This document shows, in pieces, positions 25,351 through 35,339 of a DNA stretch of 37,238 nt. The stretch spans positions 1-37,238 of the forward strand of contig CALVJC010000068.1 in the NCBI GenBank assembly GCA_944331945.1, written 5' to 3'. A program made the position numbers and the translations under genes. The stretch comes from an uncultured Bacilli bacterium. Its GTDB lineage: Bacteria; Bacillota_I; Bacilli_A; RF39; UBA660. The stretch's first letter is position 1, and the number at the start of each line of letters is the position of its first letter. The notes beneath the pieces are model-generated. The model was not told the DNA's origin and did no database searches. It saw only the letters and a list, made by a program, of their open reading frames with translations.

Positions 25351-26481
25351 ATGATTAATAGTAATAAACAGAATGAAAAAGCTTATACCGTGACAATTGT
25401 TTCTAGTAAAAAGAAAAGCCGGAAATTATATTTTATTCCTATTTTGATAGTTCTTTTCTTTTTCTTAGTAACAATTAATTATTTTACGAATCAATTACAA
25501 AGCAAAAAGATATTTGCTGAAAGTGTAGAGAAATTATCCACAGAAATTGTGGATATTTTTTCCCTTGATGAAGGGAGTATTTCTTCTTCTTTTTCCTTTC
25601 AGTTTGATGTTTCTATTGCTTCGAAATTAAAGGAAGAAAAGCCAGCTTTTTTACCATATTATCAATTGATTGAGAATCTTTCTCAGTTTCAATATCTTTT
25701 TCAAATGACAGAGAACAATACAAGTAAAAATTTAAATTTCATGGGATTTAAAGAGGGGGAAGAGCGTTTTGCTTTTCAATCTAGTTATCAAAATCAACAT
25801 CTTTATTTTTCTTTTGCTCCTTTTACTTCTTCGATTATAGATTATGGTGTTATTCCTTCTTTTATTACGAATCTATCTTCTTTTAAAACAGTGCTTACTC
25901 AAAAGTATTTGAGTGAGGAAGAAGGTGTTTTTTCTTCCTCTTCTCAAAAACAAAAACGTCTTCGTCTTAGCTTTTCCAAAGAAGAATTAGAAGAGTTTTC
26001 TCCTTTTCTTGCTTCGCTTCTTAGTTCTTATTTTGATCTAGAAACATTAGCGGTTCAGGTTTATTTGAATCCGGTTACGGAAGAAGCAGAAATGCTTGAG
26101 GTCTTGTTAAAAGATACAAAAGGACAAATTCTTTCGTTTGGTTATCGTGATTCTACCTTTGTTTTTATGAGAGAGGGGCAAGTTCTTTATCATCTTTCTT
26201 ATGAAAAAAGAGAAGGGGAAGTGCTGTTTACTTTAACCAATAAAAAAGAAAATACCCTTGCTTCTCTTTCTCTTAAGAAAGGGATAGGGTATTCTCTTAC
26301 CTTTGTTGGTTTTGAAAATCAAAAGGAAGTTTTCCGTCTTTCAGGAAGTTTTGAAAAGATAGAGGTAGTGCCTCGTTCTTTTGAGGTTACTTCTTCTGTT
26401 CCATGGGATCAAGTAAGAGATTCTGTTTTACAAACGATGAAAAAAACATTTTATTCTTACTTATATCAAATGGATTTCTAA
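25351..26481 (+). CDS. Membrane-anchored hypothetical protein
   Basis: 376-aa ORF with one N-terminal TM helix (LYFIPILIVLFFFLVTINYF) and a Ser/Phe-rich body. No known motif. Confidence 0.55.
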   Translation: MINSNKQNEKAYTVTIVSSKKKSRKLYFIPILIVLFFFLVTINYFTNQLQSKKIFAESVEKLSTEIVDIFSLDEGSISSSFSFQFDVSIASKLKEEKPAFLPYYQLIENLSQFQYLFQMTENNTSKNLNFMGFKEGEERFAFQSSYQNQHLYFSFAPFTSSIIDYGVIPSFITNLSSFKTVLTQKYLSEEEGVFSSSSQKQKRLRLSFSKEELEEFSPFLASLLSSYFDLETLAVQVYLNPVTEEAEMLEVLLKDTKGQILSFGYRDSTFVFMREGQVLYHLSYEKREGEVLFTLTNKKENTLASLSLKKGIGYSLTFVGFENQKEVFRLSGSFEKIEVVPRSFEVTSSVPWDQVRDSVLQTMKKTFYSYLYQMDF

Positions 26482-27645
26482 ATCAGGATTTTCTTTCAGA
26501 GATTGGGTGAGTTTTTTCTTGTAAATTTCTACTCCATTTTGATTGTAGTATGGTACCTCTAAAAGGTATGATCCCATCATAGTAGAAAGGTAGAAAAAGA
26601 AGATTAGATAACCCATGTTCCATTCATTTTTTTCATCCATCGTGATTCGAATATTTGGAATATTATTTTCTAAATGTGAGTTACAAATACTTTCTTCTAG
26701 TTTTTCTTCTAAGAAGTTAAAATCTTTGTTTTTTTGGATCGCTCTAATGTGGGTTTCAAAGCAAAGGGATGGTCCTTCTTGTAAGTATTGTCCTAGGGAG
26801 TGAAGATCTCTACTATAAACAAGAGAGATAGGGAAGAGTCCTTTTCCTTCTTTTCCTTCCGATTCGGCCAAGAGTTGTTTGAGCCATTCGGTGAAGTAAG
26901 ATAGTTTTTCATCATAGATGGTGAAGGCTTCTAGACTTTTTCCTTCTTGATAAAATTTGTGGCGAAGAAAGGCGTAGGTATAAGCCTTTTCTTCGTCTTT
27001 TTTTGCTTGTTTGGCTCCTTCTAGTAGAGATTTTATATCAAGTCCTGCTACTTCAAGGGGAAGAAGTCCTACGGTTGATAAAACAGAGAAGCGACCCCCA
27101 ATATCTTCTTCAATGGTAAAGCGTTTGATTTGATATTGGTTTGAGAACTCATATAATTGTCCTTTTTGTTGATTAGTAGTAATTATGATTCTTTCGTTCC
27201 ATTTTTCCTGATATTTTTCTTTTAAAAGGGGAAGAAGTTCTTTTAAAGTGAGGATCGTTTCAAGGGTATTTCCAGACTTTGAAATGACATTTAGAATGAT
27301 TTCTTTTTCTTTTAAATAGTCTTTTAATTCCTCTAAGGAGTCTCTAGGAATGGTTGTTCCGGTAAAAATGATTTCTGGTGTTTCCTTTTGATAAGGATTT
27401 CGCATCGCTTCATAAAGAGCTTTGGCTCCAAGGAAGGAACCGCCAATTCCGATGACGAGGAAAATATCGCAGTTCTTTTTGATCTCTTGTGCTGTTGTTT
27501 CTATTTCAGTTAAGTTTTTTTCTTGGCGCTCTAAATCATACCATCCTTTCATGTTGTCTTCTTCTAAGAATGTTTTTTTGATTTTTTCTTTTTTCTTTTG
27601 CTCTTCGCTATTTAGACTATAGTGATGAAAGTCAAATGTTATCAT
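26461..27645 (-). CDS. pgi: Glucose-6-phosphate isomerase (short form)
   Basis: SIS/PGI motifs IGIGGSFLGAKALYEAM, ISKSGNTLET, GGRFSVLSTVGLLP and ESEGKEGKG. ATG overlaps the stop of the upstream giant gene (ATGA) and follows GGGAGGA. Confidence 0.85.
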   Translation of the reverse strand: MITFDFHHYSLNSEEQKKKEKIKKTFLEEDNMKGWYDLERQEKNLTEIETTAQEIKKNCDIFLVIGIGGSFLGAKALYEAMRNPYQKETPEIIFTGTTIPRDSLEELKDYLKEKEIILNVISKSGNTLETILTLKELLPLLKEKYQEKWNERIIITTNQQKGQLYEFSNQYQIKRFTIEEDIGGRFSVLSTVGLLPLEVAGLDIKSLLEGAKQAKKDEEKAYTYAFLRHKFYQEGKSLEAFTIYDEKLSYFTEWLKQLLAESEGKEGKGLFPISLVYSRDLHSLGQYLQEGPSLCFETHIRAIQKNKDFNFLEEKLEESICNSHLENNIPNIRITMDEKNEWNMGYLIFFFYLSTMMGSYLLEVPYYNQNGVEIYKKKLTQSLKENPDLEIHLI

Positions 27646-30600
27646 ATTTTTCCTCCCTTGATTTCAATCGAATGCGTTTTTTTATCATTACTTAACGGAA
27701 TGTCGTTCTTGATTTCTTGTTGGTCTAAAGTAATTTTGGTTGTTTTGCTTTGCTGAAAGGTAATTTCATAAGTTGTATCTTTATAATGATAGGTTAAGTG
27801 ATAGCTTTGGAATGGAATCTTATCTATGTCGAAATGGAGGGTTTTTCCATATTTGCGGAAGCCGAGAAGTTCTTCGATTCCTACTTTATAGAACCATGCG
27901 CTACTACCGGTATACCAAGTCCAACCACCTTTGGCATAGAAAATCTTATGGGTGTAGATGTCAGCAGGAATGACATAAGGTTCTACTTGATAGATTTGGC
28001 AGTCTTCTTTGTTCATGGTATGAGAGATTGGATTTAACATAGTGAAGACATTTAGGGCTTCTTCTTTTTGGCGAAGATGAGAAAGCGCCATAATATACCA
28101 AGCGACAGCATGCGTATATTGACCTCCATTTTCTCTTAGACCTTGAGCATAGTTTTGAATATAGCCAATATCGTGCCAATTTTGAGTAAATGGTGGGGTT
28201 AGAAGTTTTACTAAGCCATGTTTGGTATCAACTAATTTTTCTTCGACGGCTTCTAAGATTGTTGGTATTTGTTCTTCGGTAGCGATATCGGTTAAGATAG
28301 CAAAGCTTTGAGAAATCAGATCGATTTGGCATTCTTGACTATCCATGCCTCCTATTTTGGTACCATCATCGGCGATGGCTCTTAGATAATAGGTTTTGTC
28401 CCAACCATTTTTTAAGAGGGCTTCTTTTAGATCTTGTTGTTGTTTTTGATAAGTTTCTACTTCCTCTAGATTTGTTTTTTGACAAAGTTTGATGTAACGA
28501 GATAATACTTCATAAAGGAAGAATCCTAACCAAATACTGGTTCCTTTTCCTTTGATTCCGATATGGTTCATACCATCGTTCCAGTCTCCACCTCCCATGA
28601 GAGGGAGTCCGTTTTCGCCCATTTCCTTTTTAGTTTTTTGCATAATGATCTTTAAGTGTTCTTTTAAAGGCCATTTTTCTTCTGTATAGTAGTATTCCAT
28701 TCCGCGTTCTTCTTCGTGTTCTTCTAATAGTGGTCCGACGACAAAAGGAATTGGTTCTTCTAAAATACTGGTATCATTTGTTTTTTCTATATATTCATAA
28801 GTTGCATAGACTAACCATAAGTAGTCGTCTTTGAAGCGAGAACGAAGTCCAAAGCGACTTGTTTCATGCCACCAATGTAAGACATCTCCTTCTCTAAATT
28901 GATGCATAGCACAGTTGATAATTTGCTTTTTGGCATATTCTTGATGGGTGGTAGCAATGTTCATACAGTCTTGTAATTGATCGCGGAATCCAAAGGCTCC
29001 TCCGACTTGATAGAAACCAGAACGTGCTAGAATACGGCAGGCAAGTGATTGATATAAGTACCAACCATTCATCATATAATTGAAGCGATTGTCTTCTGTT
29101 TCTATGGTGATTTTACCTAATTCTTTTTCCCAATGTTCTTTGGTTTGCTTCTCTAATTTTATGGCTTCTTCTACTGTTGTGATTTCAAAAGGATCTTGAT
29201 TTTCTTTGCAACCAAGGAAGAATGCTATCGTTTTTTGTTCTTTGGCTTTTCCTTTGACTTTTATGGTAATTCCTTTGATGACTGGTTGATCGATAAAGGA
29301 GATAATTGGTTCGGTTGCTTTTAAATATACGATATTGTCTCGGAATTGTTTGGTATAACCATTTTGAATTAAGAGAGCATTTTGATTTTGGTCAAAAGTA
29401 GTGATTAAATGGCGGATGGTTGTATCTTCGCTTTCTCCTAGAACTGGATTCATAAAGTAGGTTAGGTTGAATTCTTGATCTTGTTCAAAGGTAATGGTTA
29501 AGAGATTTACTTTTACCTTTTTCTCTTTTGGAACAAAGATGGTGTTCTTGAAGAAATTTTCTTTGGTTTTGGTTTCGAAGATACTATAGCCAAATCCATG
29601 CGTACACTTGCTAAAATCAATTCGAATGTTATCTTGGAAGAATCCTTCCGATGGATCATCTAGCATGGTGTCATTGGTCCAGGTGGTGAGTTTGTATTCT
29701 TTGCTATTAAAGGCATAAGTGAAGCCATTGTTGGTGTTGGTAATGACGGTACCAAAGTTTTCACTAGCTAAGACATTGCTCCAAGGCATAGGGGTGTTCC
29801 GATTATAGATGACGTATTCTTTTCCATTGTTTTGAAAGCCGCCAAATCCATTGTCAAATTCTAGTTTTGGTTTTTCTATTGGTAGATATTCTAAAGATTT
29901 GCCTTCTTCTTTTTTCTTGGCTTTGTTTTGGACTTGTAAAGAGTCAATATAATCTTTTAGGGAGTGTGTTTTTTTGGTATCAAAGTATAGTCTTGCAATG
30001 CCACGAAGTAAGTTTCGTTCTTCTTCGGTGATTTCATTTGCTTCGATGACTTTGATCATTCCTTTATAAGAAGCGGGATCTTGATAAGAATAGATATAGA
30101 ATAATTCATTTTGAATGACTTCTTTGATCATGCTGGCATGTTCTTCGTCTTTACTGTTTAAAAGAATCATATCCACATAGATACCTCTATTTTTATAATA
30201 TTCGAACATTTTTAAGAGTTCTTTGGTCAAGCCAAGAGAGGTTAAATCGTCAATTTCTACTAAGATGATGGGAATATCTCCAGAAATACCAAAGCGCCAT
30301 AAGTTTTGTTGTGATAGGCGATTGTTTAATAAATAGTCTCTTCTTTCTTGAGATAGGTTGATTTTCGTCGTTTGATAGAGATAATTTAAGGCTTTGTTGT
30401 AACGATTGACATCTTCCGAATTGACGCCTAGTTGTTTGATCATTTTATCCGTGGTTAAGGTGACCATGCGGAAGGCATCTTGAATTTCTTCTTCGTTTTG
30501 ATAGTCTTTTAATATCTCTAAGATTTGTTGTTTACTAGTACCAAAACCATTTAAGATATAGACGGTTTTCTTTTCTCCTGCTAGTAAGGTGATTTTATTT

Positions 30601-33600
30601 CTGATGGAAGCGATCGGATCTAAGTTATCCCCCGTATAATTGGTAAGTGATTTTAAAAGACCACTTGGATTACTATAACTATCATTTCGAGTTAAGAAGT
30701 TTGAACGTTCGGTTTCATAAGTATTTGGTTCTTTAAATTCTTTGCTCCAAAGTTTATGAACAAAGTAGTAGTTATTTTTGTTTCGTTCTTTTCGTTCGAA
30801 AATGAGCGCTTTTCCTTCTTCGCTATATTCTGAGGTTAAGAACATACTATTGAATACTCGATGACTGATATCATTGCGGTTGTTACAAACGATTGGTTCG
30901 GTATAAGTGGTAAGTTCTAGGGTATGAGGTGTTTCACCTAAGTTTTTAAAGGTGATTTTGCGAATTTCGGCATTGTGTTTTTGGGTTACGATAATTTCGG
31001 TGTTGGTTACAATCTCCTGATCAAGTCGTTGATATTTTAAGCGGTCAAGGGCAAAAGTTACTTCGTAACGATCGGGTGTTTTGTTTACTGGGGCATAGGT
31101 GTTTGACCAAATGTTATCGTTTTCTTTCATATAGAGATAGCAGCCATAATCTTGTTCTGATATTTTACGATAACGATTTAATTGAATGTCTTTATAACGA
31201 CTAAATCCATTTCCTTTTTCATTCATTAAAATCATATATCTCGCATTGGATAGAGCGGATACTTCAGGATATTCTTGAATTTCCCGGTAGATTCTAACGT
31301 CGTTTTCAAGGGGTTCTTTCCGATATTCTTGGGCTTTATAATGTCTTATTTTCATGTCAATCATAGGCTTGATTTGTAATTTTTCTTTATTTAAGATGTC
31401 AAAAGCTTCGATTTGAATATCATGCTGAAAATATTTTTGAATGGTTTGATTAGCTAGATAGTTGGCAAGACTTGTTAGGATCATACCTTGATGATGGGCG
31501 AAATAGGCATAAACGATTTCTTGATCATCTATGTCATAGGATTCATAGCATCCAAGTTCTCCAACCATATTGATTTTTTTCCATTTTTGATAGTTCTTAT
31601 AAACTTCTTCTGGATTTTTCGTAAGGGCAATAAAAGAAGCATAAGGACTAATGACTTTTCGATCGGTATCAATGCTTTGAAATTTTAAATAAGGAGTTCC
31701 AAAGGCTTTATATTTGTAATTTTTGGCATCATCTAGAACATTGTATGCTGCTTCACTGATTCCCCAAGGAAGATTTGGAGCGATTTCTTTTTGATATTCT
31801 TTTTGACAATACATGGCAAAGTAATAGCTTTCATCAATTAAGGTATTCGGGTAATCATTCATGAATAAAAGAGGCATATAGTATTCGAAAGAAGTTCCAG
31901 ACCATGAAAGAAGTCCTTTATATTGATGAAATTTGGTTAAGGACTTATCAAGAGCGAACCAGTGTTTATAGGAAACATCTCCTTTGGCAATGGCAATATA
32001 GCTCGTTAGTCTTGATTCACTTGCGAATTTGTCATAATGATACGGTGATTTTTTCTCTTCTAGACTGTCATAACCTACGGTAAAAGTATTTGTTTGCTTA
32101 CTGAATAATTTACTAAAGTCTGCTTTTTTGATTAGTATTTCACAACGCTTTTCAAAGGCTTCTTCTTGTTCTTCTTGATAAAGTTCTTTTAAAACGATAA
32201 GGCTAGCGATGAAGTTTCCACTGTCGATGGTCGATATATAATAAGGAAACATTGGTTCTTTGGTTTTGATATTGTACCAGTTATATAGATGACCATTCCA
32301 TTTTTTTAGTTCTTCTACGGTTGTTAAAATATTATCAAGAAGGGTAAAGGCTCTTTTTCTTGAGATGATTTGTAATTTATAAGCTGATATAATGGCAAGA
32401 ATTGAAAAACTAATATCAGTGGCAGAAGTTTTGATATCGTAAACTTCTTCTCTATTTTTTTGATAATTGTCTGGTATTAAGTAGTTATTTTCTTTGGTTA
32501 GGGCTTGATCAAAGTATTTCCAAGTTTTTTTGGCTAATTCAAATAAGTCTTCTTGATTTTTCTTTGAGAGAGAGATGGTTCTCTCTGTTACTGGTTGTCC
32601 CATGAGATAGAAATAAAGAGGACTTGCTAAGAAGACAATGGAAATCATCAAAACAGCAAAGATATTGACGGGATTTAACCAAAGGACTAAGAGAAGCAGA
32701 AGAATACAAAACCAATAATTACTTTGGAATTTGATCAAGTAGGTATCTAGGGTATTATTGGTGTTATTGGCCGCTTCTTCTGAGGTAACCCAACTAAGAA
32801 GTTTTTTGTGGCTAAAGTACATGCGCCAGATGGATCTTAGAAAAGCATCGAGATATAATTTGGCATGGTAAGGAAGAGAAGAAAAGTCAGCGACAATTTT
32901 TAAGACAATAGATTGTAGTCCGACAATGGTGTTCTGGTATTGTTTGGTTTTGGTGGACCGTTTGTTTTGCGATTTTATTTTTTCAAAGATGAAAAAGAGA
33001 ATTGGTATTAATAAAATAAAGATAACAAAGAGGATCCAAAAATGAGGGGCAGTAGGACTAATGGTGTAAGCTAAAACGATAATAAGAAGTAAGAAGAAAG
33101 GTAAAAGTCCTCGTCTGATATTATCGATAAATTTAAAGCGATGAATGCTATTTAAAGGATTTTTTTTGAAAGCCCAAGATAGTATTTGCATGTCACCTCT
33201 TGCCCAACGATGTTGTCTTTTGGAATCAACTAAGAAGTCACTTGGAAAATCATCGTAAACATCAACATCGGAAACATAACCACACCGAGTATAACTTCCT
33301 TCTAATAAGTCATGGCTTAAGATTCGGTTTTTCGGGAAATGATTGTTTAAAATGACTTCGTTAAATACGGCTAAGTCATAGATGCCTTTGCCATAGAAAT
33401 TACTTTCTTGAAAAACGTCTTGATAAAGATCGGGTACGACACTGGAATAAACATCATATCCTCCTAAACCGGCGAAGGTTTGAGAGTAGGTTGATTGATT
33501 TTCTAAAGAAAGATCAAAGGTTACTTTTGGTTGCATCATACCATAACCTTGAATGACTTTGGTTCTTTCCTTATTTAGTACTGGTTGATTCATCGGATGA

Positions 33601-35228
33601 GCCATCGTACCAATTAAACGAGAAACACATCCTAAACCTAATTTCGTATCAGCATCTAAGGTAATGACATATTTTATTTTTAAATCTTCTTGAATGGTAT
33701 TGATTTGGAAATAATCTTCTTGTTCTTCTTTGGTTAATTGGCCTAAGAGAAGTTGATTAAAGTCTTGTAAAGCCCCACGTTTTCTTTCCCAGCCAAGATA
33801 GGTTTCTTCACTGTTACTATATTTTCTTTTCCGATAGACGAAATGAAAGATTTGACTTTTGTATTTTTTGTTTAAAGCTTCACAACATTTTAATCCTTCT
33901 TCGATGATTTCTTGATCAAGAGGATAATTTTCGCTCTTATAGCTGGTAGCATCTCCTAATAGGGTGAAGAAAACATTTTCTTTTGGACTTAAGAGATAGT
34001 TTGCTTCTAAGTCACGAAATACTTTTCTTACTTTCTTTTTATCTTTTACGATTGTTACAATGACAAACATGGTTCTATATTCGTCTTTAATTTTATCTTT
34101 TAAGTCTAATTTTGGGAGGGGATGAGGGGGAAAGAATTTTAAGATAATTTTATTGGTTAATTGAATGACTAATTCACTTACGGGAATGAGAAGAAGAATA
34201 AAACTAAGAAAAACTGGACGAATTAAGTAAGGCGCTAAGAGAAGAGAAATAATACAGGTTGCAACAAGGATAAAAGCTAGATAACAGAAATTTCTTCTTT
34301 TCATATTTTTCTTTGGAAATAATAAGAAACCAATATGTTCTTCTTCTTTTCTTTCTTGCATTAACTTTTTTATATATTCTAATTCGGTTAATTTTTCTTT
34401 TTTGGCATTTTTCTTAATTTCAGTTCGATAGTATTCCTTACTTTCATCACTCATAATTTTGTAGGTTTTATCTTTCCAAAGTGTTTTTTCGGTCAAAGAA
34501 ATTTTGGCATATAAGGTTTCGTTTTTTACTTTGGATAATTCTTGGATAGAATAGAAGATATTAGAAATTAAAATACTGTTTTTCGCCATATCTTCATAGT
34601 AAGTTTCGATTTGTTCGTTTAAATTAAGATTTTCTTCTTTTAATAATTGATGGAATCGTTCTAAAACGGAAAGGTTTTTTTGTCCACTTTCTCTTACGAT
34701 GTTATAGAAATGTTCTAAAAAGGCCGGGGAGGTTAGTTTTTCTTTCGTTAAAAGAAGTGGATTGTTTTCTTTTTCTATTTGAGATAGAAGAATTTCGGCT
34801 TTTTCTCTTTGTTCTTTTCTTTTTTCTTCCTTTTGGCAAACCTTAGTTAATTGTTCTAAAATAACTAAGAAAGTAACTTGGCGAAAGGTAGAAATTTTGT
34901 CATAAGAAAAATAATCTTCCTGTTCTTTTTGATATTTGGTTAAATATTTCGTCATTTCCTCTGGTTGAAAACGACAGTGCTCTTTTTCAAATTCTTTTTT
35001 GATAATTGGGTATAAATCGGGTTTTGAAAAAGCATTGGCATAGTTTTTCTTTCTTTTAAAAAAACCTTTTAAGTCTTGCTTTTTTTCTACGATCATATAA
35101 TAGTTATCGACAATCCATTCATTGGTGGTGCCGATCAATTCATTTTGTTTTATTTGATAGACGAGTTTTTCATAATAACTTTCTAGATATTCTATTTGTT
35201 TTTGATAATTTCTAAAGTATGTCTTCAC
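27642..35228 (-). CDS. cgs: Cyclic beta-1,2-glucan synthase (Cgs/NdvB/ChvB family): GT84 glycosyltransferase + cyclization module + GH94 phosphorylase module
   Basis: 2528 aa. N-terminal EWIVDNYY motif and TM helices. GT84 signatures VITLDADT, ILSHDLLEG, RQHRWARGD. Central module: IPDNYQ, GHLYNWYN, STIDSGNF, SWSGTSFEYYMP, PWGISEAAY, AHHQGM. GH94 module: NGFGGF, TPMPWSNV, GFRDQLQD, GDVLHWWH, GGGDWNDGMN, ENGGQYTHA, GGWTWYTGSSAW. GTG start behind AGGTGA. Confidence 0.85.
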   Translation of the reverse strand: MKTYFRNYQKQIEYLESYYEKLVYQIKQNELIGTTNEWIVDNYYMIVEKKQDLKGFFKRKKNYANAFSKPDLYPIIKKEFEKEHCRFQPEEMTKYLTKYQKEQEDYFSYDKISTFRQVTFLVILEQLTKVCQKEEKRKEQREKAEILLSQIEKENNPLLLTKEKLTSPAFLEHFYNIVRESGQKNLSVLERFHQLLKEENLNLNEQIETYYEDMAKNSILISNIFYSIQELSKVKNETLYAKISLTEKTLWKDKTYKIMSDESKEYYRTEIKKNAKKEKLTELEYIKKLMQERKEEEHIGFLLFPKKNMKRRNFCYLAFILVATCIISLLLAPYLIRPVFLSFILLLIPVSELVIQLTNKIILKFFPPHPLPKLDLKDKIKDEYRTMFVIVTIVKDKKKVRKVFRDLEANYLLSPKENVFFTLLGDATSYKSENYPLDQEIIEEGLKCCEALNKKYKSQIFHFVYRKRKYSNSEETYLGWERKRGALQDFNQLLLGQLTKEEQEDYFQINTIQEDLKIKYVITLDADTKLGLGCVSRLIGTMAHPMNQPVLNKERTKVIQGYGMMQPKVTFDLSLENQSTYSQTFAGLGGYDVYSSVVPDLYQDVFQESNFYGKGIYDLAVFNEVILNNHFPKNRILSHDLLEGSYTRCGYVSDVDVYDDFPSDFLVDSKRQHRWARGDMQILSWAFKKNPLNSIHRFKFIDNIRRGLLPFFLLLIIVLAYTISPTAPHFWILFVIFILLIPILFFIFEKIKSQNKRSTKTKQYQNTIVGLQSIVLKIVADFSSLPYHAKLYLDAFLRSIWRMYFSHKKLLSWVTSEEAANNTNNTLDTYLIKFQSNYWFCILLLLLVLWLNPVNIFAVLMISIVFLASPLYFYLMGQPVTERTISLSKKNQEDLFELAKKTWKYFDQALTKENNYLIPDNYQKNREEVYDIKTSATDISFSILAIISAYKLQIISRKRAFTLLDNILTTVEELKKWNGHLYNWYNIKTKEPMFPYYISTIDSGNFIASLIVLKELYQEEQEEAFEKRCEILIKKADFSKLFSKQTNTFTVGYDSLEEKKSPYHYDKFASESRLTSYIAIAKGDVSYKHWFALDKSLTKFHQYKGLLSWSGTSFEYYMPLLFMNDYPNTLIDESYYFAMYCQKEYQKEIAPNLPWGISEAAYNVLDDAKNYKYKAFGTPYLKFQSIDTDRKVISPYASFIALTKNPEEVYKNYQKWKKINMVGELGCYESYDIDDQEIVYAYFAHHQGMILTSLANYLANQTIQKYFQHDIQIEAFDILNKEKLQIKPMIDMKIRHYKAQEYRKEPLENDVRIYREIQEYPEVSALSNARYMILMNEKGNGFSRYKDIQLNRYRKISEQDYGCYLYMKENDNIWSNTYAPVNKTPDRYEVTFALDRLKYQRLDQEIVTNTEIIVTQKHNAEIRKITFKNLGETPHTLELTTYTEPIVCNNRNDISHRVFNSMFLTSEYSEEGKALIFERKERNKNNYYFVHKLWSKEFKEPNTYETERSNFLTRNDSYSNPSGLLKSLTNYTGDNLDPIASIRNKITLLAGEKKTVYILNGFGTSKQQILEILKDYQNEEEIQDAFRMVTLTTDKMIKQLGVNSEDVNRYNKALNYLYQTTKINLSQERRDYLLNNRLSQQNLWRFGISGDIPIILVEIDDLTSLGLTKELLKMFEYYKNRGIYVDMILLNSKDEEHASMIKEVIQNELFYIYSYQDPASYKGMIKVIEANEITEEERNLLRGIARLYFDTKKTHSLKDYIDSLQVQNKAKKKEEGKSLEYLPIEKPKLEFDNGFGGFQNNGKEYVIYNRNTPMPWSNVLASENFGTVITNTNNGFTYAFNSKEYKLTTWTNDTMLDDPSEGFFQDNIRIDFSKCTHGFGYSIFETKTKENFFKNTIFVPKEKKVKVNLLTITFEQDQEFNLTYFMNPVLGESEDTTIRHLITTFDQNQNALLIQNGYTKQFRDNIVYLKATEPIISFIDQPVIKGITIKVKGKAKEQKTIAFFLGCKENQDPFEITTVEEAIKLEKQTKEHWEKELGKITIETEDNRFNYMMNGWYLYQSLACRILARSGFYQVGGAFGFRDQLQDCMNIATTHQEYAKKQIINCAMHQFREGDVLHWWHETSRFGLRSRFKDDYLWLVYATYEYIEKTNDTSILEEPIPFVVGPLLEEHEEERGMEYYYTEEKWPLKEHLKIIMQKTKKEMGENGLPLMGGGDWNDGMNHIGIKGKGTSIWLGFFLYEVLSRYIKLCQKTNLEEVETYQKQQQDLKEALLKNGWDKTYYLRAIADDGTKIGGMDSQECQIDLISQSFAILTDIATEEQIPTILEAVEEKLVDTKHGLVKLLTPPFTQNWHDIGYIQNYAQGLRENGGQYTHAVAWYIMALSHLRQKEEALNVFTMLNPISHTMNKEDCQIYQVEPYVIPADIYTHKIFYAKGGWTWYTGSSAWFYKVGIEELLGFRKYGKTLHFDIDKIPFQSYHLTYHYKDTTYEITFQQSKTTKITLDQQEIKNDIPLSNDKKTHSIEIKGGKI

Positions 35229-35293
35229 TTCATCTCACCTTCCTACTCGCTACTATTATAACAGATAAGTACTGTTTTTAAAATGAAAAATTG

Positions 35294-35322
35294 TTGAAAG
35301 AGAAGATGTCTTTTTATATAAT
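35294..35322 (+). promoter_or_regulatory. Putative sigma-A promoter of the transglutaminase-like gene
   Basis: TTGAAA (35294-35299), 17 nt, TATAAT (35317-35322). Confidence 0.5.
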
Positions 35323-35339
35323 GATAATAGGTGAAGGAT

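Noticed and set aside
2950-31688. Many 60-130-aa ORFs from the track lie antisense to, or out of frame within, long confident genes. They are 2950-3240, 6628-6918, 9232-9633, 10950-11189, 11476-11679, 12331-12519, 13865-14047, 15582-15776, 15822-16043, 15831-16016, 16268-16459, 16513-16713, 16783-16995, 18964-19167, 19461-19649, 21962-22222, 23581-23799, 26615-26803, 27422-27622, 27773-27973, 27798-28037, 27961-28179 and 31488-31688.
   Set aside because: All are embedded in genes with strong motif support on the other strand or frame. They have low-complexity or hydrophobic junk-like translations, lack SD sequences and are expected by chance in AT-rich DNA.
37-35339. Upstream start codons given by the ORF track at 37, 893, 6159, 14109, 15886, 17755, 18488 and 35331.
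   Set aside because: In each case an in-frame downstream ATG has a proper Shine-Dalgarno sequence and gives a canonical N-terminus. For 37, the frame is open to the window edge, so the gene is simply truncated.
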